From: an uncultured virus (IMG/VR IMGVR_UViG_3300025009_000081)
Taxonomy: Duplodnaviria; Heunggongvirae; Uroviricota; Caudoviricetes
Direction: 5' to 3' (one strand)
DNA length: 20,000 nt
IMG/VR virus record: IMGVR_UViG_3300025009_000081
Part shown: piece after piece, positions 9,100-18,700 of the stretch
Numbering within the stretch: the stretch's first letter is position 1
How the letters are laid out: the number at the start of each line of letters is the position of its first letter
Translations under genes and position numbers: made by a program
Notes under the pieces: model-generated
What the model saw: only the letters and a program-made list of their open reading frames with translations
Database searches by the model: none
Told to the model about the DNA's origin: nothing

Positions 9100-9452
9100 T
9101 GGATAGGATACCTGTTTTAAAACTTACTTCTTCTGACAACGTGCAGACAATCATATTTGATTATCAGTCCGTTACTCTGAGATTTTACTGGAATGTAAGG
9201 GCTAACTGCTTTTTCCTTGATGTAACCGACACCAACAGCAATACCTTGTATGGGATCAAAGTGGTTCCAAACTGGCCACTACTACAATCCTATAAAGGTC
9301 ACACAGACTTCCGGGGTGATATAATTGTTCTCCCCAACACCAACAATTTTCCCACAGAAATCACATGGGATAATTTTGGCACCAATTGGTTTCCCTGGTT
9401 TATGAGCACGGCAGAACTTGTGCAGTGGGAGGACTACTATGGCTTGGCTTAG
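9099..9452 (+). CDS. Baseplate plug-like protein
   Basis: ATG 9099 in a TAATG overlap; motifs LRFYWN.R...F.LD and GIKVVPNWPLL; position before the hub gene. Confidence 0.75.
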   Translation: MDRIPVLKLTSSDNVQTIIFDYQSVTLRFYWNVRANCFFLDVTDTNSNTLYGIKVVPNWPLLQSYKGHTDFRGDIIVLPNTNNFPTEITWDNFGTNWFPWFMSTAELVQWEDYYGLA

Positions 9453-10326
9453 AAAAGCAGAACTTAGTATCAATGGCCTCAATCTACTCACTGATGAAAA
9501 CCAGAAAGATGGACTTGACATGGAGTTTGACATTGTCCGCAACATAGACTTTACAAAGTCCACAGCTAACTTTAAGGTTTACAACGCCAGTGCTTTTGTG
9601 AGAAAAGAAATACTCAAGGAAGCCAGCAGCATTGTTTTCAAAGCAGGTTATGCCGATGAGACCGATGCCTTTGGTGAAATATTTAGTGGCTTTGTCTGGA
9701 CATCGTACTCATATCTTGAGGACAACAACTGGGTAACTGAAATAGAAGCAATGGATCAACTGGATTCAGGAATATACAACAAGACCTTCAGGAAAGGCAC
9801 GGCTATACTGGACATAATTACCTATGTCAACGGCATACTTGGGTATAGTGACAAGATTGTGGGTTCACAGTACCTAAACGGAATCACAATGAAGCAAGGT
9901 TTTAATAACCCCGGCTACCTCAGAGGCTATTTGAAAGCCTGTTCTGATGTACTGCTCAGCAAAGGGCTATATTTGTTTGTGGACTTGGGGAGCATATTCA
10001 TTGTGGACAAGGGAAACATTGGTGATCTTATGAGACTCACAATTCCCCTGGATTACAACAGTGGACTCAAGAGCATAGAGGACATAACCCAAAACAAGTT
10101 TTTTAAAACAATCAAACCAAGAAAAACACCATTGAAGATTCCTATTGATGAAAGTCCCAAGATAAGATTTAATTGCTTGCTTGATCCAAGACTTGTACCT
10201 GCTGGTGGGATTAAAATAAACATAGGGAACCCATCCTTTGATTGGACCTACATGATTGAGGAATTGAAGTTTCATGGTGACAACTTTGGTGGTGACTTTG
10301 ACTGCACTGGGGAGGCCACTTTATGA
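9439..10326 (+). CDS. Baseplate hub protein (T4 gp27 / Mu gp44-like)
   Basis: ATG 9439 after GGAGG; motifs FDI.R, A.FKVYN, FKAGY, IFSG, CLLDPRL..G, Y.IEEL.F.GDNFGG.F. Confidence 0.82.
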   Translation: MAWLRKAELSINGLNLLTDENQKDGLDMEFDIVRNIDFTKSTANFKVYNASAFVRKEILKEASSIVFKAGYADETDAFGEIFSGFVWTSYSYLEDNNWVTEIEAMDQLDSGIYNKTFRKGTAILDIITYVNGILGYSDKIVGSQYLNGITMKQGFNNPGYLRGYLKACSDVLLSKGLYLFVDLGSIFIVDKGNIGDLMRLTIPLDYNSGLKSIEDITQNKFFKTIKPRKTPLKIPIDESPKIRFNCLLDPRLVPAGGIKINIGNPSFDWTYMIEELKFHGDNFGGDFDCTGEATL

Positions 10327-11009
10327 GTGACTTCAGTATAGCCGATCACCTGGATACATGGATCAAGAGCCAGTTCAGAGCAGTACACACCGTTCTTCCG
10401 GGCAGAATAAATGCTTATCACGGGCATGATGTGAGAAAGGCTGATGTGGATTTGCTTATGACATTACCTGTTGGGGAAAACAACTTTGTGGAAGTCAATC
10501 CACTGCTAGACATACCAGTTATTTTTCCTGGCAGTGCAAGATTCAACTTTGTGTATAGCCTTCAGAAAGGTGATCCTTGCCTGATTCTGTTCTGTGAGAA
10601 TGATATTGGTAACTACTTAGGGATTCCCCTGGAATCTGGAAGTATCAATTTGGCAAGTGCTAAGAAAGTGGACCCTGCAAACAATTTGAAGTTCAAACTC
10701 CAACATGCAGTATGCTTGCCTTTTTCCATAAACCCTGATGCTTACATACCCACAGCAGCACCAAGTAGCATTGTAGAGAATGATGGGGTAATTGAGATCA
10801 ATGGCAATACAAAGCAGTTTGTGACCCATGCAGAATTAAGTTCTCTATTGGCAACTTTCATGACAGCTCTTAATTTACACACACATGCTGTTACAGCTCT
10901 AGCTGCCTCAACTGGGCCTATGACAACACTTATTGATTATCCAACACTTGTACCCATATCTTTGGATATTAGTACAGCAACAACAACAAAAGTGAAGGCT
11001 GGTGTATGA
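10323..11009 (+). CDS. Baseplate spike (Gp138-like N-terminal OB-fold, HxH tip motif)
   Basis: Motifs VHTVLPGRI, L.DIPVIFPG, LQKGDPCLILFCENDI; LHTH at 10875-10886. Confidence 0.85.
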   Translation: MSDFSIADHLDTWIKSQFRAVHTVLPGRINAYHGHDVRKADVDLLMTLPVGENNFVEVNPLLDIPVIFPGSARFNFVYSLQKGDPCLILFCENDIGNYLGIPLESGSINLASAKKVDPANNLKFKLQHAVCLPFSINPDAYIPTAAPSSIVENDGVIEINGNTKQFVTHAELSSLLATFMTALNLHTHAVTALAASTGPMTTLIDYPTLVPISLDISTATTTKVKAGV

Positions 11010-11371
11010 AAAACTTTTATCTAACACAAACTCCTCCCAGTGAATATGATCTCACTGTTGTGAACAACAACCTTGCCTTTACCACAAACAACACAGACTA
11101 CATGGCACAGAAGATAATCAATGCCCTGAAAACTTACAAAGGTGAGTTCTTCCTAAACTCCACTCTAGGTGTACCTTACTTCACAGACATTCTAAAGAAA
11201 GGTGTGGACATGGTAACAGTCAAAGCAATTCTTGTGGCAGCGGTTGCAGGCATACAGTTTGTAAAAGAAGTGGTGAGTCTGGAAATGTCCTACGACAGTG
11301 AAAACAGAATAATTTCAGGAGACCTCACTGTGCTCCTAAACAATGACGAACTTTTGAGCCTGGAGATTTAG
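11006..11371 (+). CDS. Sheath initiator / gp25-like baseplate wedge protein
   Basis: Motifs AQKI...LKT.KGEFFLN...GVPYF..IL.K and YD..NR; between spike and baseplate J genes. Confidence 0.82.
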   Translation: MKNFYLTQTPPSEYDLTVVNNNLAFTTNNTDYMAQKIINALKTYKGEFFLNSTLGVPYFTDILKKGVDMVTVKAILVAAVAGIQFVKEVVSLEMSYDSENRIISGDLTVLLNNDELLSLEI

Positions 11372-11372
11372 A

Positions 11373-12842
11373 ATGGGAACTTATGTAACAGAAAGTGGAC
11401 TTATTATAAAAACTCTTGCTGAAATTGTAACTGAGTATGAAGCCTACTTCAAAACAATCCTGGGAAATGACATTGACACCGATCCCACGGGTACTATTGG
11501 ACAACTCATCGCAATGCTTTCTAAGAGAGATAGTGACCTCTGGCTTGCTGCTCAAGAGATTTACACATCAAGAGACCCAAGTCAGGCCACAGGCACAAGC
11601 CTTGATGGAATCAGTGCTGAGACCGGGGTAACCAGACTTGATGCAACACCCACAACTGTGGATAGTGTTTGTCACTATGGTGATGAAGGTGTAGTTGTTC
11701 CGGCCAATACAAAGGTTAGAAAGACAAGTGCAACTCTTACTTTTTCACTTGACACCGATGTAACTATTTCTGAGACCGCTTGCAATGATGCTTACTTGCT
11801 TCCCAATGCCGATCCCACAACTCCTACAGCCTATGCAGTAGTTCTGGCAGGAGTGACCTATAGCTTTACAACAGCCTCGACTTCAAAAACAGATCTTATA
11901 AACGGACTTGTGGGTGTTATAAATGCAGGTGCTTTTCCCGGAACTGCTGTACTTGACAATGCAGTGCATACCACTGGTGTGACTTTAAGAGTTTATGACC
12001 TGGCAAATGCTTTCTCAATAACCTACGATTCCATTTTTGACAACACCAAGTTTGGAACCATTGGTTCTTACACCTGTGACGAAGACGGTGTCAATGCAGT
12101 GGCTACAGAAAACTTGAACACAATCATCAATCCGATTTCAGGATGGGATTATGTGCTTAACCTCGATGCCGGAGCAACGGGCAGACTTGTAGAGACCGAT
12201 GCAGCTCTCAGAATACGTAGGGCACTTGCACAGGGCACAAGCAAAGCAACTGAAGAAGCAATCAGACAATACATACTAAACAATGTAGAGACCGTGGCTA
12301 CTTGCAGTATTCAGTCCAATAGAACCAATGCAACCGTGGGAAGCCTGCCTGCCAAGAGTTTTGAAGTAGTAGTAGATGAGAGTGCAGTTGCAGCAGATGT
12401 GGCACAGGCCATCTGGGAAAGTGCTCCTGCTGGTGTGGAATACTACGGAACCGAATATGTTGATATAACAGACACTCAGGGTGGAACACAAAGGATTCAC
12501 TTCAGCCGTTCAGTACCTCTTTACATCTGGGTTAAGGTTCTCAAGAACGCCTTTAGTGAAGGTGAGACCTATCCTGCTGATGGTGATGCTCAAGTAAAAC
12601 AAGCCATACTGGATTGGTCTGAAACCGCTTTTGAACTAGGCAAGGATGTAATTCCTCTAAGACTGGCAGTGCCCATATATTCCATTCCAGGTGTGGGTGA
12701 TATTCAGATCTCCCTATATAGTGACCTCAACTCAGGTGCAACTCCTGGACCCGGTGACTATGCAACCACAGACATCACTGTTAGTGCTACTCAGATAGCC
12801 ACCTTTGCAATCGCAAGAATGACAATAGGAGTGATACCTTGA
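11373..12842 (+). CDS. Baseplate J-like wedge protein
   Basis: Motifs G.IIKTL.EI, P....GQLI, P.QATG.SLD, I.NPISGW..V.N, G...ETDA.LR.R, LP.KSFEVVV, VAQAIW...PAG...YG, I.FSR. Confidence 0.92.
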   Translation: MGTYVTESGLIIKTLAEIVTEYEAYFKTILGNDIDTDPTGTIGQLIAMLSKRDSDLWLAAQEIYTSRDPSQATGTSLDGISAETGVTRLDATPTTVDSVCHYGDEGVVVPANTKVRKTSATLTFSLDTDVTISETACNDAYLLPNADPTTPTAYAVVLAGVTYSFTTASTSKTDLINGLVGVINAGAFPGTAVLDNAVHTTGVTLRVYDLANAFSITYDSIFDNTKFGTIGSYTCDEDGVNAVATENLNTIINPISGWDYVLNLDAGATGRLVETDAALRIRRALAQGTSKATEEAIRQYILNNVETVATCSIQSNRTNATVGSLPAKSFEVVVDESAVAADVAQAIWESAPAGVEYYGTEYVDITDTQGGTQRIHFSRSVPLYIWVKVLKNAFSEGETYPADGDAQVKQAILDWSETAFELGKDVIPLRLAVPIYSIPGVGDIQISLYSDLNSGATPGPGDYATTDITVSATQIATFAIARMTIGVIP

Positions 12843-14251
12843 GCACCATAACAATACCTTGGGAAACCAGTTTAACAACAGAAGCTCAGTATGGGTACTC
12901 TCTGTGTGTTTTCAATGATAAGTTATACCTTGCCACAGGCAACAGTCATCTCTTGTATGTGTACGATTCATTCACTTGGCAAGTAGCTAACATTTTCTCC
13001 CTGGATGTAGACATAAAATGCCTGTGTGTTTACAAAGGCAAACTTTACATAGGCACAGGTGGTTATGGAAAGATTTATGTATATGATGGCAACACTTATG
13101 AGCTTTCCTATGACATGGGATCACCCCTAGTTTCTTCTCTGTGTGTTTACAATGATAAACTCTATGCAGGTATGGGATCCACAATTCCTGCCAGAAGTTA
13201 TGTATGGTGCTTTGATAACACCAACTGGGTGCTCTCTTTAACTGCTTCTCCTGAAACCGCAATAGGGGATATGTATGTTTACCAAGGTAGACTGTTTGCA
13301 GGAACATATCCTAGCGGTATAATTTATGTCTTTGATGATAGCACATGGGTGATCTCACAAGATACCCCTGAAGATGCCATAACCTGTTTTTGTGAATTTG
13401 AGAACAGACTATATGCAGGTACGGGAGCTAATAATAATCTTTATGTTTTGACAGGTGGTGTGTGGAGCATAGCTTATACCCTGACAGATGAAGTACAGAT
13501 ATATTCTATGCTTGTTTACAATGGCAGAATGTTTATAGGTACTTGCTTGGGTGGGAAAGTTTTTGCTTATGATGGCACAACCATGGAATTAAGCTATGAC
13601 TCCGATGACACTTTCATATTCTCCCTTTGTATTTACCAGGATAAGTTATTTTCAAGCAGTGGAACCTATGGTGGCCTTAGTGATGTCAGAAGATATGCTG
13701 AAGAACTGATAACTGCCACCGGGGACATGTCTAAGATCACAGATTACAGTTACAACATGCAGTACCTTTTGGAGCAATACAAAAACAGTCCTAAATTAGT
13801 AGGGCTTATAAACTCATCAAACTTTCAGGCAGAAAAGATTGAGAGAGCACTTTATGAACTCAAGGAATTGTTTTACCTGAACACAGCAGAAGGCACTCAG
13901 CTTGACATCATTGGCAACAACATATTTGGACTACCCAGACTGGGGCTGCCAGATTACACCTACAGACAGGCTATTGCAGCCAAGGCTATACAGAGTAACT
14001 CAGGTACACCAGAGAGCATCATAGGGGCTATTAGAAGCCTACCCGATGCCACCTTTGTGGAGTTTCACAACAAGTTTCCAGCAGAACATGCGGCTTATAT
14101 TGTTGTAACCGATGCAGCTTTTAGTCAGAGTTGGTTAGAGAGTATTTCCCCGGCTGGAGTGGAGTGTGTCAGTGGAGGGTACTTGATCCTCAGTGATGGC
14201 AACTACCTAACTCTAGCAGATGGATCAAAGATTATATTACAGGAGAATTGA
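12839..14251 (+). CDS. Fusion: N-terminal 7-bladed beta-propeller plus DUF2612/gpI-like baseplate wedge domain
   Basis: TTG start in a TTGA overlap after AGGAG; seven ~40-aa repeats, then LLEQYKNSPKL, L.TAEG.QLDIIG, G..R....D..YR, NSGT.ESI, PAGV. Confidence 0.85.
   Translation: MSTITIPWETSLTTEAQYGYSLCVFNDKLYLATGNSHLLYVYDSFTWQVANIFSLDVDIKCLCVYKGKLYIGTGGYGKIYVYDGNTYELSYDMGSPLVSSLCVYNDKLYAGMGSTIPARSYVWCFDNTNWVLSLTASPETAIGDMYVYQGRLFAGTYPSGIIYVFDDSTWVISQDTPEDAITCFCEFENRLYAGTGANNNLYVLTGGVWSIAYTLTDEVQIYSMLVYNGRMFIGTCLGGKVFAYDGTTMELSYDSDDTFIFSLCIYQDKLFSSSGTYGGLSDVRRYAEELITATGDMSKITDYSYNMQYLLEQYKNSPKLVGLINSSNFQAEKIERALYELKELFYLNTAEGTQLDIIGNNIFGLPRLGLPDYTYRQAIAAKAIQSNSGTPESIIGAIRSLPDATFVEFHNKFPAEHAAYIVVTDAAFSQSWLESISPAGVECVSGGYLILSDGNYLTLADGSKIILQEN
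12854..13697 (+). repeat. Seven protein-level beta-propeller blade repeats
   Basis: SLCVFNDKLYLATG, CLCVYKGKLYIGTG, SLCVYNDKLYAGMG, DMYVYQGRLFAGTY, CFCEFENRLYAGTG, SMLVYNGRMFIGTC, SLCIYQDKLFSSSG. Confidence 0.9.
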
Positions 14252-14252
14252 A

Positions 14253-15710
14253 ATGGCAAATAGTATTTTATCAGAACTCACAGAAGTCACAAGTCTTGCA
14301 GCAACAGACCTGCTATACCTTGTCCGGGGAACGGGCACGGGCTGTGACAAAAAGATTCAGCTTTCTAACTTCGGTGGAGCCATGGGCTTCTTTGGAAGTG
14401 CTTACACACTGGCAAACATTGGAGGCACGGTAAATGTGCATGTACCCAGTGCAAGTGATCCCACAATCAACTTTGCAAACACAGCAACGGGCTATGGAGC
14501 CCATGGCCTTTTGATTGGTATTGACAAGACCACAGGTGTAGCTTATATCAACCAGCAAGAGAACTTATCATTACTAATAAAAACCAATAACACTACAAGA
14601 ATAACTATTACTGCTGCTGGTGTTGTGGAGGTGGGCAGCTCACTTACTTGTGTGGGGAACATAACTGTAAACACAAACAAGTTTTTTGTAAATGCTACTT
14701 ATGGGAATATTGGTATAGGGGCTATACCTAATGCTGACTCCGATGACCAAGGCTACAACATTGCCCGGATAGGAGCATCAGGGAGCCTTTATGCAACTAC
14801 TTCAGGTGAAAGTATGATCCTTGCCTCTAATTCCAGGTACGTAGGATCAGCCACATTCAAAAGGGATGTGAGTGGCTATGCCTCTTATTATCAACAGATC
14901 AATGGTACCCATCTTTTTGGAGTATCAGAAGCCACTGCTGCTGCTGACTCTGCTATAACTTGGTCTACTGTAATGGACATTCACAGGGGTGCTACACATG
15001 GTGTGACAATCACAGGCAATCTGAACACTTCTGATGGAATTATAAGTACAGTTCCAGATACAGATGCTTGGAGAGCTTTTGTAGGTACTACATCAGGAGC
15101 TCTGACAACAACAAACAGAGTATTGATGAATCTAAATCACTCTACAAGTGATACAATGGCAGATGGCTTTGGAACAGCCATTGACTTACAAGTTAATGCA
15201 GGCACAATATCTAGGATTTCTGCAAAAAGAAATGGGGCTGACAATACGGGAACACTGAATTTAGGTGTAGCCGATGCTGGTGCTATGTATGATGTAGTAA
15301 CAATAACTTATGCAAAAACAGTTGTTGTTTCAGCAGCAGTTCAGTTTAGTGGCTATGGAGCAGGCACAGCCACCTTTGATGCCAGTGGAAACATCACTTC
15401 GGTTTCTGACATGAACAAGAAAAACTACATCAGTGATTTCACTGGTGGGCTTGAATCTATCATGGGAATAAAACCAATCAATTATATGTGGAAACCAGAA
15501 ACAGGATTGGACACAGTAAATGTGTACACAGGTTTCAGTGCACAGAATGTAAAAGAGTTTATACCTGAAGCCGTCTTTGGTACCGAAGGCAATTATTCAT
15601 TATCAGATAGACCTATTATAGCTGCCCTTGTGAATGGCATGAAAGAACAACAACTGGTTATTGAAAACCAAACAAAAAGAATTGAACAACTTGAAGCATT
15701 GCTAAGCTAA
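14253..15710 (+). CDS. Tail fibre/spike 1 (485 aa) with C-terminal peptidase S74 intramolecular chaperone
   Basis: ATG 14253 after AGGAG; Gly/Thr/Ala-rich beta repeats; SDMNKKN..., IKPINYMWK, GFSAQNV....PEAV and a terminal coiled coil. Confidence 0.88.
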   Translation: MANSILSELTEVTSLAATDLLYLVRGTGTGCDKKIQLSNFGGAMGFFGSAYTLANIGGTVNVHVPSASDPTINFANTATGYGAHGLLIGIDKTTGVAYINQQENLSLLIKTNNTTRITITAAGVVEVGSSLTCVGNITVNTNKFFVNATYGNIGIGAIPNADSDDQGYNIARIGASGSLYATTSGESMILASNSRYVGSATFKRDVSGYASYYQQINGTHLFGVSEATAAADSAITWSTVMDIHRGATHGVTITGNLNTSDGIISTVPDTDAWRAFVGTTSGALTTTNRVLMNLNHSTSDTMADGFGTAIDLQVNAGTISRISAKRNGADNTGTLNLGVADAGAMYDVVTITYAKTVVVSAAVQFSGYGAGTATFDASGNITSVSDMNKKNYISDFTGGLESIMGIKPINYMWKPETGLDTVNVYTGFSAQNVKEFIPEAVFGTEGNYSLSDRPIIAALVNGMKEQQLVIENQTKRIEQLEALLS

Positions 15711-15729
15711 CAAAGCAGAGGAATTTATT

Positions 15730-18700
15730 ATGGCAAAAATGGTAGCAGATCTTGTAGAAGCAACGATACTTGACAAAGACGACCTCCTCTATGTAGTCAG
15801 AGGCACAAGCACTACATCGGGCAAAAAGATGAAAGGCTCTCAGTTCCTAATGGAAGTCCTAACGGCTTCGGGCAACACAGGGATTGATCTGAGCTCAAAG
15901 ACATCAGACCTGCTTGTTGAAATGACAGGTGCTGATGCTGGACCCAAGACTTTTGTATGTACAGCAGCAGAGTACCTGCCCTTGGGCCGAAGATTCATCT
16001 TTGCAAACAATGGCAGTGGAACAACGGTTTACACACTCACACTACCTGACCTCACAACCCACACCGTTAATCCTGGTGATACAATAACTATCATCTGTCT
16101 TGCTGCTGGAATCATTGTAGAGAAGAACATCCTGGGAAATGCCCTAACAGCCACAAGGTTACAAACTGCACGAACAATAAATGGCACCAGCTTTGATGGC
16201 AGTGCAAATATTACAGTCACAGCAGCAGCAGGAACCCTTACCGGAGCGACCCTGGCTTCTAATGTAACAGCAAGTTATCTCACCTCTGTGGGTATTCTCA
16301 CAGCGGTACAAGTAGATAATGTAAACATTGATGGAAACACAATAGCTTCCACCAGTGGTGATCTTAACATAAACCCCTTTGCTGGCTCAAAGATACTTCT
16401 GGATGCAACCATTTCCGTGGACGCTGGTGTAATCACAGGTGCAACAAGTATAACCTCTACTACTTTTCTGGGAGACCTCAATGGCACAATAAACACAGCC
16501 ACCACAGCAGCTACCCAATCACAGGGAGACAACAGCACCAAGGTAGCCACAACAGCTTATGTCGATGCCGCTGTACTAACTGAGGACTTCTGGACACGAA
16601 CATCCACCACAGTCACTCTAAAGACATCTGGAGACACCTTGAACCTCAGTGGTGACTTTCAAGTAGCCACAAGCAAATTCACAGTTGCAGCACTCACAGG
16701 AAACACGGCTATTTATGGGGACCTTGCAGTTGCTACAAACAAGTTTACAGTGGCAAGTGCAACGGGCAACACAGTTGTAGCTGGCACTTTTCATGGAGCC
16801 GGGGACTTTGACATTGCCACCAATCTATTCCAGATTGCTGCTGCTACGGGAAACACACTCATTGCAGGTACTCTGGGAGTTACTGGAGCCATTACAGGCA
16901 ACTTGACAGGTAATTGCTCTGGGACAGCAGCAACGGTCACAGGAGCAGCCCAAACAAGTATCACAAGCCTTGGCACTCTTACAGCACTTCAAGTTGACAA
17001 TGTGAACATAAATGGAGACACAATCTCTAACACAACAGGTATTTTATACCTGACCCCTTATACAGGCAATGCAGTTGTAATTGACGGGTACTTCAGCTTT
17101 GATGGAACCATACTTACAGGCATCACAGATTCAAACATGACCATAACTGCTCCTACTGGCAGAAACATTGGTATAGAGGGAGTGACCTTTGATGGTGGCG
17201 TAGTGGGAGGAATAAGCTCTCTGGGAGTCACAGGTACAAGAGTTACAGCAGGTTTCTTTACCGATCTCACAATAACCAATGCAATCTCAGGAAGTATTAC
17301 AGGTAATGCTGCAACAGCTACTAAACTTGCAACAGCCAGAGCGATTAATGGAGTTGACTTTGATGGCAGTGCAGCTATAACAGTCACAGCAGCGGGTAGT
17401 ACACTCACAGGTACAAGTCTGAACTCTACTATTGTAAGTTCAAGCCTGACTTCAGTGGGTACTCTCTCAAGCCTAGCAATGGGAGGGAACATTGCACTGG
17501 GTTCAAATTACCTTTCTGGTGATGGAGGTAATGAAGGCTTACAGATAGATGCAAGTGGAAACGCTACATTCAGTGGTGTTATAAATGGAACAAGTGCTTC
17601 TTTATCTAGTTCTATTGCTTGTACGACTATTTCAAGTTATTTCAGCCTGAATTTGACAAACACTATGGCAAGGCCAATAAGTATCAAACACATAACATCA
17701 GGTACACAAACCGATGGCTTTGGTGTAGGCATCAGCTATGCCACACAAACAGGTGCAGGGGATCCTAACATAGTTGGTTATCTTGGTTTTGTAAGAGCGG
17801 GAGCCGATGGGACCAGTGATCTTGTAGGACTTCCTTCTACAACAGGCACACCCACAGAGAGATTTAGAGTAAGCAGTGCTGGTGTACTTTCCAGTATCAC
17901 TTCCATTGGTGTAACTGGTGCAAGAATAGCCAATGCTTTCTTTACTGATTTAGCAGTAACAAACGCTATTGCAGGTTCTATTACAGGAACGGCAGCAAAG
18001 GCTACAAATTTAGTTGGTGGAAATAGTACAACTCTTTTAGGTTCTATTGGCTACCAATCTAACACAGACACCACAACAATGCTTGTACCCAATACAACAA
18101 GTACAAAGAAATTCCTAAGAATGACTGGCACAGGCACAAATGGGGCTGTTCCTGTATGGGACACAATTGTTGATGCTGATATTCCTAATCTTACAGGTAA
18201 GACATATAATGGCTTAACACTAACTGCTGCTAGTGTAGGCTTTACTATTGCTGGAGGGACTACAAGCAAAACACTTACTATAAACAACACCCTTGCACTC
18301 TCAGGTACAGATTCAACAGTTATAACGTTACCAGCAACAACGGGAACAGTGGCTTTAAATAACCAGACATTTTATTTGGGTTCTACATCCATTGCCATTA
18401 ATAGGGCCTCAGCTTCTATTGCACTTACTGGAATCACAAGTATTGATGGATCAAGTGCAAGTTGTACAGGTAATGCAGCCACAGTTACCACAAATGCAAA
18501 TCTCACAGGAGTAGTAACATCCACAGGCAATACAACGGCCATAGCATCAGGTGCAATAAAAGCTAATATGCTTCAGAGTGCAGCAAGTGATTTGGGTGCA
18601 GCCAATGTAACCATTGATTTGAGTAATACCAATGGAGCTTATGTTACCAATGTGACTATTGATGGAACTTACACAGGCACGTTTTCAGGGAACCTCACTG

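Noticed and set aside
13721..13729. Independent internal start at ATG 13727 as a separate gene
   Set aside because: GGGGA is only 1 nt from the ATG, too close for an RBS; kept only as a possible ancestral start.
1694..14252. Longest-ORF starts at 1694, 2608, 9087, 9418 and 14220
   Set aside because: Downstream ATGs (1808, 2614, 9099, 9439, 14253) have SD motifs or stop-start overlaps and avoid long overlaps.
1863..14433. Short alternative-frame + strand ORFs (1863, 2415, 3152, 4150, 11437, 14248)
   Set aside because: Nested in or overlapping well-supported genes, with no convincing features.
4023..15710. Headless contractile system (tailocin, eCIS, T6SS)
   Set aside because: Capsid, cement and head-tail joining genes lie directly upstream.
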